Below the pieces are notes generated by a model. The model worked only from the letters and a program-made list of their open reading frames with translations. It had not been told where the DNA came from and did not search any database. Position numbers and translations under genes: made by a program. A stretch of 64,000 bases of DNA from Euprymna scolopes (lineage: Eukaryota): assembly GCA_053919585.1 (NCBI GenBank), contig CM132816.1. The stretch is one strand, 5' to 3'. Shown one piece after another: positions 23,731 to 37,890 of the stretch; the first letter of the stretch is position 1; the number at the start of each line of letters is the position of its first letter.

Positions 23731-26569
23731 TGAATTCGATATTGTGTTAAATAGGTCGATGAATAGTTCCCATATTGTATGAAAATGGAAAAATATCTGC
23801 GTCTAATAACTACTATAAAATAAATATTTAAAAAGTAATTATTAGCAATGGCTTTTCCTCGAAATATTCCATGATTGTTAATGCCTTTTTTAATATGGTG
23901 TAATTGTGAAAATCCATACTGTTAGCAACTGTTAGTTACATCCAGATTCACATATTATAATCTTAACGTCATTAATATTAGGTTATATGTCAGAAAAATC
24001 ATGAAACTGGTGTTTACAATTAAATATAACATTTTATATGTAAAATGGTCAATTATCTGGTGATTAATTAATGCATTCTTTATCTTATCTCGATAATTCA
24101 TGGTTTCTTATATCGTTGAAATTGATATGGGTAATCATTTATATACGATACTCAGTCTGATGTCTTATTGATAACTCTATCGTTTTCGAGATCAAAGGTT
24201 GCGTTTCAGTATTTCCGCATAGGTATCATGTTTAATAAAAATATCGACAGCTCAACTTTGTGAAATTATTAGCGATGTCTGTCAACAGAGGCAATGATGT
24301 CATTGTATCATATCAAACGAGATACTGACGGAGGAATATCTGTTTCTTCAGCTAAATTTACAAGATGCCTTTCACTGTATAAGACTGAAAAGGTCTTATT
24401 TTGTGTAAAAATCCTTTTATCTCTATTTCAATTAATTATATTGCAATTTAGCGTTGTACTTTCTAAATTGATATGTTTAAAATATTTATATTATAGCGAT
24501 AACTCTGCATTATTTTGATTATTCTGTCTATTGTTCTTAACTTTGACGTTATTCCTTGAGGTATTTCTGGTCTTCTCATGAATAATTATTAAGAATTCAG
24601 GACAAAATTTGAAGAGATTTCTGAGTACGAAATAAATATTTCTCATGCAATTCTGAATATTTGAAATGAGATTTGAATTCTTGTGTAACGTTGATTAATT
24701 AGACTATTATTCTCATCCTGTGTGCTATTAGCACAATGAATCGGTCGCTGAACCTGCGATCTTCTTCGAGTATTAAAACCATACTTTCCAGATACAAAAA
24801 AGCTAAAATCGATAAATAATGTTGCATTTTGTTAAAACGTGATAATTTCGTTTAGTAAATCATGTCAAAGTTTGTCGCTAAACTAGCTAGCTCTTGTTTC
24901 CTTGCAGTTTTGTTATAAGCTACTTTACTCGCTCCGNNNNNNNNNNNNNNNNNNNNNNNNNNNNNNNNNNNNNNNNNNNNNNNNNNNNNNNNNNNNNNNN
25001 NNNNNNNNNNNNNNNNNNNNNNNNNNNNNNNNNNNNNNNNNNNNNNNNNNNNNNNNNNNNNNNNNNNNNNNNNNNNNNNNNNNNNNNNNNNNNNNNNNNN
25101 NNNNNNNNNNNNNNNNNNNNNNNNNNNNNNNNNNNNNNNNNNAATGAGATTATTTTTTATGTAATGTATTTGCAGCAACAATTTCAACTCACCGCAGTGT
25201 TGGTAGGAAAGCAAACAAGCAGCTGGATTATTATAATTATTCAATGAAACTATATCAGCAAATAATAAAATCGAGGGTTTTATAAACTACTTAAACCACA
25301 CAAAAATAGAGTCAGGTATTTCAGTTGTCTCTTTGTTTGTTAGATTTACTTTTTACCCTCTACAAAACAAAATGGATATTTTTTCGCTTTCCAGAAACTT
25401 TCTTTTTTTTTACGAATATTCTATTGTCTTCTTTTTTCCTCCAGTTTATAATATTGAAGCATTACAACTGTTCGCAGTCGTATACCTGTTCGACTAGGCA
25501 ACCTTTTGTATAGATTGAAAATTAAAAAATAAATCTGAATATTTTAAAACGCTTTAAGAATGGCTACATTCTACCTATTTAAGGCGCAATTATAAATCAA
25601 TAAAAACAATAAACTGCAACAGGAATATGCCCTCTATTTACAAATATATTATAGGGTTGTTACAATTGATTTTTTGACCCCTGTTTCCAGAATCAGACAT
25701 CCACCACCTGTGAAAGACTACCTACACCTCCTTCTCTGCTGGATCATTTTTCCCCAAAATCCCTCACAAAAAAGGGTGGCATAGCTGTATCTATAACAAT
25801 ATTAAAATTAGAAAGTTACAACAAAGGGTTAATGAAAAAATAAAAATATTAACAGAAGAATCATGCAATTCGGAAAGAAACAAAGAGAAAAGGAGTAAAA
25901 GACAGTTTATTATTTACTTTATCTTCCAATCAAATATTAAAAGCATATGCAATTTTACAGTACAGAATTAAGTTAATGTAGTCCTGTAATAGCTACCGCA
26001 GTTTCTTCCAAACCCTCATTAAAATTTGGATGGTTTCATTTCGTAACGAAATCTATAGTGAGATAAAAGATGGAATTATTTGTATGCCAGTTTCTTATGC
26101 TTTAGTACGTGTTCATGTTCTTATAGCAAATCATCCTAAATATGATTTTTCAAAATATTAATTGATTCAAAAACCTTTTAAAATATATATTTAAAGGTGC
26201 TATTTATTTAGACAAAAATAGCAGTGAATAGTGTTTTATCGAATGCTTAAAATATAAAATACTATTAAAAATAATAAAGAATGTTTATATCATTCTGATT
26301 TTCATATTATTTTATTCGGGTTTTATCTTCCTGTAAAATGCTCAAGAATAATGAATGTTTCTTATATTCTTGCCTAATGTATTGCATAATAAGATTGATG
26401 CGCAAGTTCGTGTTAGATTACAAAAAGTAAGAAATATTGATCCTTATAAGTACCAAATAAGTGAACATTACCAAGAGTTATCGGTAAGTATAGACAAAAA
26501 AACAATTATATAGAAACCAGTTAGATACAACTTTGCAAAAAGTTTTATAAAAATTCAAGATATTAAGTG

Positions 26570-26810
26570 CGAATTTAGGTCATTTAACGCCGAAAGGCAC
26601 CTGTAGTGGGGCAACCGGAATTTTCCCGGAAAATCCGTTCTGTTACTTTTTTACATTTATCATGTTTAATGTTTACGCAAAAATTAAAAAAAAAATTCCA
26701 AGGTGTAGTTATTGAGAAAAGAGCGGACGGACGAACAGAGGAATGGACGAACGGACAAGGCTGAATTTACAGGTCTACCCTCCTTTTGTCGCGGGAGCGC
26801 AATAAAATAC
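26570..26810 (+). mobile_element. DINE-1/Helentron-like non-autonomous element end
   Basis: Degenerate (GACG)n tract followed by GCTGAATTTACAGGTCTACCCTCC..GGGAGCGCAATAAAA with a GC hairpin. Confidence 0.4.
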
Positions 26811-27329
26811 CGTCAACATATCTTTGACTAGAGTGTTCAAGTGCACGGGTCATACTAGCGTCTGTTTCTTTTTTTTCAAACTATGATCATCGCGGACATT
26901 TTTTCAGGGTGTTTTCGCCCATAATGATTTAATATTTTCAGGTATATTTGTCGAACTTGGGAATTATTTTGTCATTATCTGTAACTTTTACCTAATTTAA
27001 AATTGACCATTCCATACATTTTCATGCAAATCATCCCAGAAAAGCTATGAAACTTCCTAGCTTTAGAGGATACAGCTTCAAGGTAAAAAAAAAAAAATGT
27101 CAATAATTGTTATATCGGTAGATTCTGAGCCACTAAACAGTAATTCTTCCATCTTTTTCAGAATATTACTTATTGAAAGTGAGTATTTCAAAATAAAATA
27201 GTTGTGAAACTAAACTCAAGTTATACTCTATTCCAAATGTTCTCATTCCGTCAGCTACTAGCATGTAGAAGTATTTTTAAATTAAGCATCGTTATAATTG
27301 CCTACAGTAAACTACTGTTTAGAAAGTTG

Positions 27330-28380
27330 AACTTTCTCTTTTCAATTCAAGATACGCCGAAAAACTGCTGAAACATTCAACGTTATCAACGAAGCGTTTG
27401 GCTTAGGAACCACTACTTAACGCACAACACAGTAGGTGTTTCCGTTTTTTTTTTTTTTTGGCGGCGACAAGAGACTTAAAGTTTATAATTGTAGGTGTCC
27501 ATCATTATTACGATCAATTAAGTACCTTAATCGAATCAACTCCGCGTACAGCTGCTCGAGAACATAATTCTGAATGAGATGTAACGTATACGACGATGTC
27601 CAACGATTTCAGAACGATTGGAAAAACAATATGATAAATATGTTCCTCACAAATTTATCAACAACTAAAGAAACATTTTTGTAGACTGTCATCTACCTAC
27701 TGTTACGCAACATGAACCACCGGTTTCTTGACCTGGTTGTGACTTTCGCTGAAAAGTTGGCTGTTTACGATACTCCTCAGTGGTTAGACGCCGACGAAGC
27801 ACCACGACACTATCTTAAGCCAGAGTTGCACCACCATATAGGGTATGATTTCTTTTTGATGGTGTGCCACCGATCTCATCCATTACAGTTTTTGAGTGCA
27901 TGCGAAAATATTACGGCGGAGAAGTACGGTCAACAAATTAATGAAATGCATCAGAAAATCGACAGCAACATCCAGCATTAATCAACAGAAAAGGCCCCAC
28001 TCTCTTCCATAATCATGTCCGACTGCACGTTGTTTAATCGGCCCTGCAGAAGATGAACGAATTACGCTACTACTCATAGTCTCATCCCCCATACGCTCCA
28101 GACCTCTCACCTACCGACTATCACGTTTTTAAGCATCTCGAAAACTTTCTGCGTAAGAAATGCTTCAAAAACCTAAGCGATATAAAAACGCCTTCAGCCA
28201 CTTCATCGCTGCCAGAACACAAGATGCTCACTTTACTGGCATAAATACTTGTTTTGCGTTGACAAATGTATGTTAATTCTGATAGTGTTTATTTCGATCA
28301 ATACGTTTCTATTTGCGCCAATGTATGTTCATCTCAATATAAATGTTTTGAGCCGCAAGAAACTTCTGCTCAATCTGATA
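27330..28380 (+). mobile_element. Decayed Hsmar1-like mariner with remnant 3' TIR
   Basis: FLFQFKIRRKTAETFNVINEAFG, QWLDADEAPRHYLKPELH and HPPYAPDLSPTDYHVFKHLENFL; CCGCAAGAAACTTCTGCTCAATCTGATA resembles the mariner TIR plus TA. Confidence 0.9.
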
Positions 28381-28409
28381 CCAAGGAGCCATTTATTTTA
28401 ACCATGTAC

Positions 28410-29972
28410 GCGTTAACAAACCTAGAGCAAACAGGGTTTAGCAGATTGCGTCGCACGGAACATAAGGCAAGTTATAATTAAACTCACTTTCATTTTGTAA
28501 CAACACAATTTATTCACGTGTATTTTCTTGAATAAAACGTGGGGGTATTCCTTCTCTCTGACCGGACCCCTCTAAAACGTTGTTTCGAACGCGCTCCCGA
28601 ATGTGTTCTCGAAGGGGCTCTTTTGTGCAAAATTCTTTTTATAATGTTTTATATTTTCGCTCCCATGATGTCATTTCGCACTGGGCTCGCCATTTACATA
28701 AGCGCGTCTGCGCTCTGTTGCAATGTTAAATACTATTACTTGCCCAAATTCTTTAATAAGAATCAATCAGGTTGCTTACTTATCAGCATATGCAGCATAA
28801 TCAATTTTATACACCGGTTGTCGTTGGATCGACAAAGTTAAACAACTTTGCTATTTTTAATGGCCAACAGTCTGGTGATGGATGGCCATTAAGGAATACG
28901 CGACGGTTAATATTGGAGGACGTCGACACTTTTCCGTAAGATTTTCAAAATCTAAGATCGTTCTTCTCTCTGACGGGCATATTCATGCGATTGGAGACTT
29001 ATTGTGAATTCAATATTGGAGTGACACTTCCTCCTTTGGAGGAAGCCGGTTCATCTTTACTAGGAATGATTTCGTTTGCTTATATAGTTCGATATAAATA
29101 AAGTTATCTTATACTTTATCCTTTCGATATGCTGTACCTATTTATTTACAGTATTCATATGCGTAAACTTTTGGAGATAACTTGAACTCTATTTAGCGTG
29201 TTCGCCGTCCATTCCAATATACATCTCGCCAATTTGCACATCTGACAATTCCCCGTTGGTCTACTTTCATATCATACTTTATATCGTTTTTTTATTAAAT
29301 TAATAACAGTTTTTTCTGCGTTAAGTTGATATATCTTCGATGCGGTCTCAGGACCCGACCAATAATGGCGAGTCCGGTCACAGTCATTATCCTGTGCTAT
29401 TGAAGTTTAAACGGAGGTGTAACATCCCCAAACAGTGATTAGTTTGATAAATTGATCTATGGTAAATCGGACGGGGAAGTTGTCTTCTAAAAGGATTTGT
29501 CTTTTGTAAGCCATGTTTATCTGCTCATGAGTCCAGCATTATTTTTACTTTTTTATATTCTTTCTTCGTTCTACGCAAATTCCCCAAACAGTTGTCCTTT
29601 GGAAAATGTGTTGCTTATCACTATACATCATCGTTAACACGGTTCAAATTGACGCAATTCGTCGTATTTCTTTTTTTTTATATTCATTTACTTTTGATAA
29701 TGTTTTTGTTTCATTTTTATCATTTTTTTTACGTCGGCTATGTTTGTTCCAGGAAGGAAAGTGATCTCATTATTCTCTCATTAGTATGATGTCTGTCTTT
29801 GTTTATGCCGCACCCGAATAAAGTATGGCACCATTTCATTGCAGATTGAACTTAGGAAGATGAACATTGTTTTTCGGCTTTCGTAGTATTTATAGTGTGC
29901 GGCACATCAACAATTCATCGTGTATTTCAATCTTAAACACAATAAATATTGAACTATTTCAGTAAGGGTTAA
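28410..29972 (-). mobile_element. Decayed piggyBac-family transposase (PGBD2/3-like)
   Basis: Scattered motifs in order on the minus strand: EMVPYF, GIVRCANWRD, KSVDVLQ, CWPL, Cys-rich tail. TTAA-CCC start at 29972. Confidence 0.5.
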
Positions 29973-32782
29973 GTCAAATGTATACTATAAAATTTGTGGG
30001 AAGTGGGGGTAATCTAAATACAAAATAAAATATTTATTGTCTTCAATTTAGTGATATTGTGTGTGTTGAAGAAATAATAATATCGTCGAAAGTATGGTTC
30101 GAAACACACAATCGTTTTTAAAGGATTTATTGCATGTTTCTAAAAAATACAGTTTGATCGTCTTTTATTTTTTGCCTACACTGTTCATAATAGTTAGCTT
30201 TTAGTTCCAAATTACTATTGTGAGTTTGAACTATTTTACGCAGAATAAATGTAGTGTTATAGTTAAAATGTCGGTAATCTTTTAATGTGAACATTTGATT
30301 AAACATATCTAATAGCTTATAGTAAAAGTAACAGAAATTGAACTCACACTATTTAAGGTAACCAATTATGTTCTTCATTAGTTATTGTCTTCGAATCTTT
30401 ACATATTTTGGTATATTTATTGCATAAATGTAAATTTCTAATATCACATCTAAGTATGAAATTTAAAAAGAAATTTGATCCGATAAATAGCTTGGAGTCA
30501 TAAAAATACATCATTACATAAAGAAAAAAGCCATAATAACAACCTTTCCACTGTTTACATTTACATGCCGTTGGATATACTAAAATCTTTATATTGAACT
30601 TATTGTAATGCGTATTAATTGGCAAAATCTTTCGATTTTAAAATTATAAAGTCGAAAGAAACTGAGGTGAACCTTATATTTACTTATTTCTTTTAAGAAA
30701 CACCCGAAAAAACTCATAAATGGTTACAGAACACGACAAAGAATCTTTTATATTTTTATTTTAGATCTTGGGTTGAAAAAAGTATTTATCACTCAAAATT
30801 TTTTGTGCGAAATGATTCTAATATTTGAGTGACAGAAAATATGCGGATACTTCCTTACATATTTCTATTCTCACTCAATCCATCTTTATCTANNNNNNNN
30901 NNNNNNNNNNNNNNNNNNNNNNNNNNNNNNNNNNNNNNNNNNNNNNNNNNNNNNNNNNNNNNNNNNNNNNNNNNNNNNNNNNNNNNNNNNNNNNNNNNNN
31001 NNNNNNNNNNNNNNNNNNNNNNNNNNNNNNNNNNNNNNNNNNNNNNNNNNNNNCAGGAGTTTTTCTATCTAAAAAACGAAGTTATCGCCCAGTATATGTT
31101 CGCTTTCATCCAATGTGAAAGTAGTAAGAACGACTAGGCTGTAAAGGCATGTTTATGCACATTTGCAATTAATTTCATCATTGTGTTTTCCCGACAATTG
31201 TTCAGAAGAATAAAATATTGAATGAGAAAAGTCGTTTTATCTTTACACTCGTTATATTCTGATCACTCTACTCCAGTAAATGTTAGTTGTCTCTCATCTT
31301 CGAATTAATCTTATATAATCTCTCCGTAGCCAGTGTCATCAAAAACATTATTTTATTGACATTCAGGACAAGACGCATACGCACACATGGTATATCCTTT
31401 TACTATTTACATGAAGCTTGTCCATCAAGGTCAAATCCATGAAAACGATTTAGAAAAAAAAAAAAGATAAAAAATACACAGAAGGTTCTGGAAAAAAATA
31501 ATCATCTAATGTAATATCTTCACACATTTTGTTGATTATTTAAACTATTTAAATAAACTTTTATTATCTTTTTTCCTCAGAGGTGACTAAATTTATTTAG
31601 ATAATATACTAAGCCACTTTTCGAGATTAACTGAGAAACTCGGGATAGCAGTAATAGTCTTTTTCTATTAATACAAATAGTATAAGTAATCGAAGTATAA
31701 ACACATGTAGGTTTCATTTGAATATTATTAAACGGCAGTGTCTTCATACAGTGAGTTTTTGTATATAAACATCGGCTTTAACTTTTACTTTGTTTGAAAA
31801 TCCGTTACTCATGCAGAATATGTAAAGGGCTACCTTTCCTAAGTTTGATGCAGTATTTAAATTTTTTTCTTATGATATGTTCGATCTATCAATTAATTAT
31901 ATAAATGAACAGACCAGTACAATAAAATCTGCTCTCTCCGATGTAAGAATATGTTTCTTAATAATAACTTTCTACCTCTTGCACGGTTCACAATATACAT
32001 ACGTTTCGAAAAGTTCAGTGTATTTTCTAAAAGTACAAGACGTTATTTCTGCCTTTGGTAAGTTAAACAGAAATGATTTCACCAACGCTGAGCTAGGATT
32101 TCATTAAATTTAAGCAATCTTGTAATAAACTCTATCTTAGTAAGAATGTAGGCTAGAATGAGACTAAAAGAAGCTACACATAACTAGCTACCTTTAATGT
32201 TTCCAAAACTAAGCTCTTATATTTAACAATGAGTTCTGATCCCCAGATAGCCCTAATTGATCTTCAGTCTTGAATTGAAATAGGAGAAGTACACAAGATT
32301 CGTTCATAAAGCGAACGAAGAATTTGTTATATCCTTGTCCCGTTTCAAAATGTATCTCACTCCCGACGCAATTTGCTACATGTATTATGATAAAGTAAAT
32401 TGTAAGTAAATTTCTTAAAGAAATGTTGTTTCCGCTTTTGCATTTGCAAAGAACGAAAGCGTCTTAGAAATTTACAGGCCGAACACATTTTGACTTTCTT
32501 AATAACTCTTTTTTACAGAATAAAGGGTTGTTTTATTTCTCTACTCAAACCTTATTTTCATGAAAGATGCTTGGGTGATCTCCAACGAAAATTCCTTGAG
32601 CAAAGTTTCTTTATCAGAACCTTTTGTTCAAAAAACTGCTTTCCAGCTTACCATTAAATCGTCGTATTCACATATTATGTAAATCAGTACTTATTGAACC
32701 GTCATCTAAATAAATCAAAACCTACACAAGTTTCACCAGATACGATCATTAGAGTGTTGTCACAAAATGTAGCCGTTACGTT

Positions 32783-33378
32783 TTAACTCTTATCCTTGAC
32801 TCGCCAATTTCCGCCGTGATAAGCGGTGACGTTTAAAAAAATGAAAAAAAAGCCAATGTGACATTATGTGCGGAATTCTTATTTTTCAAATTTAATAGGA
32901 TAATGATATTGTGAGTGACATAAACGCCCGTTTTACAGTTAATTAAAAATACTACTTTTCCTTCCTCATTTTTATAAAATTCCTTTTTAAACCTGATAAT
33001 GATTCGACAAAAATTCGAAAACGTTCATTAGGCCGGAGTGTTCTAACATCATTAAAATCTTGTGTCTTTTATTTTCGCGTTTAAATGCAGATAAAATATG
33101 AACTAAAACTGTCCCATCATTTGCGCATACGTTCGGTTTCAATATTAAGAAAATCACCGAGACGAATATTTACTGTTTTATGTTCATTAATATTTCACAT
33201 ATTGTATTCCCTGGGGCAGCGAGGAATTTCACCGCTAGTCTTGAAAATAATCCAGTCTCCAAGCATCTGCACGGAAGAAAATGCATCCGACACGAGAGAC
33301 TTTCGTGTTTTCTATAAACACGTGAGTGAAATGTATTCATCAACCCTTTTTGTATGTCAACAGCGAATAGGCGGTTAA
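32783..33378 (+). mobile_element. Possible internally deleted piggyBac relic
   Basis: TTAA at both ends; ICTEEN..TR..YKHVSEMYSSTLFVCQQ resembles a piggyBac C-terminal Cys domain. TIR match is poor. Confidence 0.25.
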
Positions 33379-33559
33379 AGATGCATTACTGTCAGACATT
33401 TTTATAGCAAAAAGAAAAAATAAAACATGAAAAATAAAAGAGAGGAAAAATGATTAAATTGGTGAATTCAAGTCAGCATTTACAAGTGACTCATCATTTA
33501 TCCACGGGGATTTAAATCATAAACAACTGTCAACAAATCTGCAAGGCAAATGGCCGATG

Positions 33560-33616
<57 letters not shown>

Positions 33617-34649
33617 TATAGTTATATATACATGTGTGTGGTTGTCTGTTTATATATATGTATGAATATATATGTGTGTGTGTAATTACCTGTTTATATA
33701 CATAGTTATCTATATACATTAATACATAAATGCATATTTTATATATATATATATGAATGTGNNNNNNNNNNNNNNNNNNNNNNNNNNNNNNNNNNNNNNN
33801 NNNNNNNNNNNNNNNNNNNNNNNNNNNNNNNNNNNNNNNNNNNNNNNNNNNNNNNNNNNNNNNNNNNNNNNNNNNNNNNNNNNNNNNNNNNNNNNNNNNN
33901 NNNNNATTGGAAATAAAGTGAATAGCCCTAATAAATATTAGGGTAAGATAATATTTTCAGGACGATCCTACCCCAATAGACAAAGCTCAATACATAGAAA
34001 ATAGAGCAGAATATAAGTCTAATGATAAAAATTAAATGCTGTAGATTAAAACATACATAAAAATATATTCGAGTAAATAATGTATTGTTAAAACCAAAGA
34101 ATATATGGAGAAAATGCATATTTGTTCACTTAACCAATGGGTTTTCAACAATGACTCATATCATCGGAGGAAATGAAGTAAAGCCAAATGCGGATTCGTA
34201 AAGAGCAGATATACATTTTCTACCTATTGAGAATCAGTAATGCTCCGGAATATACTTAAGAAATGTATAATCTATAGTCGAGAATATAGCTTCTATAATT
34301 ATTGAAAAGAATGGGTATGTTATTTAGCGTGTTTATTCATCTGTTTACAACAACTCTGTGATTTCTGCATTGACTAGCCTTAAAACACAATATGGTAAAC
34401 AATGCTTCACGCCAATTGCGACACACTACTTAAACAGAAAGGTTTTATTTTTTACTTAAACAGAAAAGTTTTATTTTTGCAATACTACTTCTGTGAAAAA
34501 CAAAGACGGACTTTTAGGACTATTTCGAAATTTCGCAAAAGAATTGAATAAAAATATGTCGTTGTTATCATAATCATGATTAGTTATAATAATTATAATA
34601 GTAATTTTGAATTATAATATTATGAGTATCTTTGAGTAATTTTTAGTAA

Positions 34650-35000
34650 AAGAATTACATTTAATTAGACATTACATCATTGATTCCTGTGCCCTTGCTC
34701 ACATTTAAAGAACTTTTGCTGTCATTACTCGCCATTTCCTGACACAGTCAAGGAGAGACAGTAACTTATGGGGATTTCTTTTCAAAGCGGTCCAAATCGG
34801 CCCAATAGTTGACATGACGAAGATTTACAGAAAAAGCAAGTGTCCGATAATAAGCGCAACTAACAACCTTTTTTTATTTCGTAGATATCCAACTGGACGT
34901 TCGTGAATAACGGTTTACTCCGGAAATCGAGTGATAGTGAAGAAGACAGCTAAGATATACTGGTAAAAGCCATCAATTGACTGTTACTGCAAGTAACCTT
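34650..35000 (-). mobile_element. Possible Tc1 transposase C-terminal relic
   Basis: MSTIGPIWTALKRNP..L..VRKW resembles Tc1 SPDLxPIExxWxxLK. Confidence 0.3.
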
Positions 35001-35413
35001 CTCAATAAAGCATAATTAAATTTACCACCAGCTATTACCACAGGAACACACCGACATGAATAGTCAATTAATTATTTAATAAATTAATCAATACAACTTA
35101 TATATCATGCTATGTTTTATCGCCTATTTATAGTAAATGGTCCTTCCTAAAGTTTTAAAATTAAAATAATTTTCTCATAATCAAGTATCAGCAGAGAATA
35201 AGAACATTATACAATGTATAGCAGTACAAAAAAACTAAATACATAGCTTTTTCCCAATAAAACAAAGGTAGTGACTTTAAATAAAAACGGATGAGTTTTT
35301 GCAAGGAGAAAATTGAAACAAATCTGTAGAAAATATATCAAATTATTATATATTAATACATATAGATAAACTTCGGACTTTGGAATATAGCGAAATTGTT
35401 ATTCATTTTTATA

Positions 35414-35915
35414 CAAGTTCGAAAAGCATTTTATCCAAGGCATGAAAATTGTTAAAAAAATGTTTAACTGCACGCTTAAAAATTATAGTACAAGATTCAA
35501 TTTGAAATGTATTCATCTTCAAAGTGCACTTTTATGTATTTTACAAGATGAAGTATAAAATTTCATTTAAATTGAATAAAAAAATTAACTTCGATTTATT
35601 TTAAGTAATGTGCCTTCTGTTGCACTTTTTTAAAAAATCATTGAAAATTTATATATATTCTATATCATTAATTGCTAGATGAATGATAATGTTTTATATT
35701 GCAACAAAATGTACATTTCATAAAATAAATCCAAGGTAATTTTTTTTATTCAAATTAAATTCAATTTTTATACCTTACTTTGTAAAATTTATAAAAGTGC
35801 ACTTTGAATATAAATCGATTTCCAATTGAATCTTGTACTTTTATTTATAAAGCCTATAGTAAAAACATTTTGTTTAACAATTTTCATGCCTTGGATAAAA
35901 TTGTTTTCTGACTTG
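35414..35915. mobile_element. Foldback MITE-like element with ~210-bp imperfect TIRs and TA flanks
   Basis: TA-CAAGT..TTTTATCCAAGGCATGAAAATTGTTAAA..CAAAGTGCACTTTTAT..TTGCA is mirrored by TGCAA..ATAAAAGTGCACTTTG..TTTAACAATTTTCATGCCTTGGATAAAA..ACTTG-TA. Confidence 0.75.
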
Positions 35916-35949
35916 TATCTAATCTTTTTAACATTATATCTTAAAACTC

Positions 35950-36380
35950 TCCTTTTCTCTGTTTCAGTTTGTATTTCTCCTAACACCACAACTCATTGTT
36001 GCAACGCCTCTTTGTATTATTACAGGTCTGACCATGCTCTCCGTTTCAGTTTGTATTTCTCCTCATACCACAACTTGAATATACTCTCTGTTTCAGTTTG
36101 TATTTCCCCTAACATTACATGCCCTTTTTGCAACCCCCTCTTCTGAATCATGAGAAAATCTAATTTTTTAACAAAAACTTTACAATAACATTTTAAGATT
36201 AAATTTTTAAAAACATCTTTCAGAATAGAAAATCTTCACACAACAACTCATTTTTGCAACCTCCTCTTTGTAATACAAGTCTGCATATTGAGTAATCTGA
36301 TTTTTTTTTACAAAAAACTGTAAAATAACTTTTTTAGATTAAAATTTTTAAAACTTCTTTCAGAAGAGAAAATCTTTAAA
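35950..36380. repeat. Degenerate modular tandem repeats
   Basis: GTTTCAGTTTGTATTTC occurs three times (about 35961, 36042, 36090); an ~85-bp block ending TTTCAGAA.AGAAAATCTT occurs twice. Confidence 0.7.
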
Positions 36381-36677
36381 ATTAAATAAGGAATATATTT
36401 CATATAGCTGTCATTAAAAAATATTCAGTACATAACGAGAAAAATAGAGAAGAAAATTTCAAAAGGACTGTATAACTGGTCACGGGCAATATTAGACCTC
36501 GCAAACGAAAGTCTTTGTTATTGTTATTCTATTATTATATTTATTTAACATATTTTGTGTCCTGCTCTTTCGCGCGAGGACTAATATTCTGTAATATAAA
36601 GCACGCATAGAATTTCGACAAAAAATGGTATACACGAAGTGTTAAATAAAATCGCGAATATCCTTTTTAAAACAAAC

Positions 36678-36735
<58 letters not shown>

Positions 36736-36830
36736 GATAAAACTGGTAATTAGTAAACACCTTAAGATAGTGCTCAATACTATTTCAGAGCAAATATGTG
36801 TTTTATTTTTTATTACCGTTTAATCTGTTT

Positions 36831-36887
36831 GGTTACATATGTTTCAGATGTTGGCCCATGTTTACGATCTTACAGTTTCGTCAGACC
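36831..36887 (-). ncRNA. Minimal type I hammerhead (core intact, stem II decayed)
   Basis: Minus strand: GGT CTGACGA [32 nt] GAAAC ATAT GTA ACC; palindromic ACATATGT. Confidence 0.65.
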
Positions 36888-37514
36888 TTACATAAATGAA
36901 TGCCTTTACATAAATGAGTATAAGGAAGACCTTACATAAATGAATGACCTTACCTACATGAGGATAAGGAAGAAGTGTTTTAGAAGAAATACGAAAACAA
37001 AGAAAAAAGGGGGTAGGAGATAATAAGGGGGAGGAAGACTGGTATTTACAATATTTCAGTTTTGAAGGTAAAAATTCATTAGATTTATTGTGTGTGTGGG
37101 GTAGCAGATTCAGGTAGGCGTGGGTGGAGATATATGGATATAGGGAGGGGGTTGAAAGAGGACGATAAAGAAAAAAGCGAGGGGTGTAAGGAGAGGAGGG
37201 GGGTTTCAATTTTAAGGTTTAAAATTCGGACTGATTTTTGCTTGTTCGGCAAGGTATATTAAGTAGATGAGAGAGGGAGAGAGAGACCGAGTTAGATAGA
37301 GGGAAAGAGAGAGATAAAGGGAAAGGGTTAGTTTAGATGTAATGTGTTTGACATGTACAGGGTTCAATTCAAATTTTCATAGTCGCTATGAGTCGACTTG
37401 TTCATTTCAGTTTACAAGGGGTTGATTTTAGGCAGTTAAGAGTTAATGCATACGGTAACTCACGCGAAAATACGCATACATACATATACATAGATACATA
37501 CACATGAACATGTT

Positions 37515-37557
<43 letters not shown>

Positions 37558-37842
37558 ACATGGTATATGCAGACATACATGGATTTATATGCAGCCATAC
37601 ACACACAACACTTATACACATATACATACTGACATATGTACATAGATACATATGCATATATATGCCCACCTTCCTATATACGTATACGTGGAGATATTGA
37701 TCTCCAGTAAAGAGGAGAATGTATATACATGCATACATACATACATACATACATACAAATACAAAACATTTACCCAAATACACGTATATACAATTGCATA
37801 AATATACATATTTTCAAAAATATAAATATACAGACATTCGTA

Positions 37843-37890
<48 letters not shown>

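Noticed and set aside
32250-32700. Possible Gypsy integrase zinc-binding relic (KVKMCSAC, minus strand)
   Set aside because: A single short motif; His residues and DDE core not identifiable.
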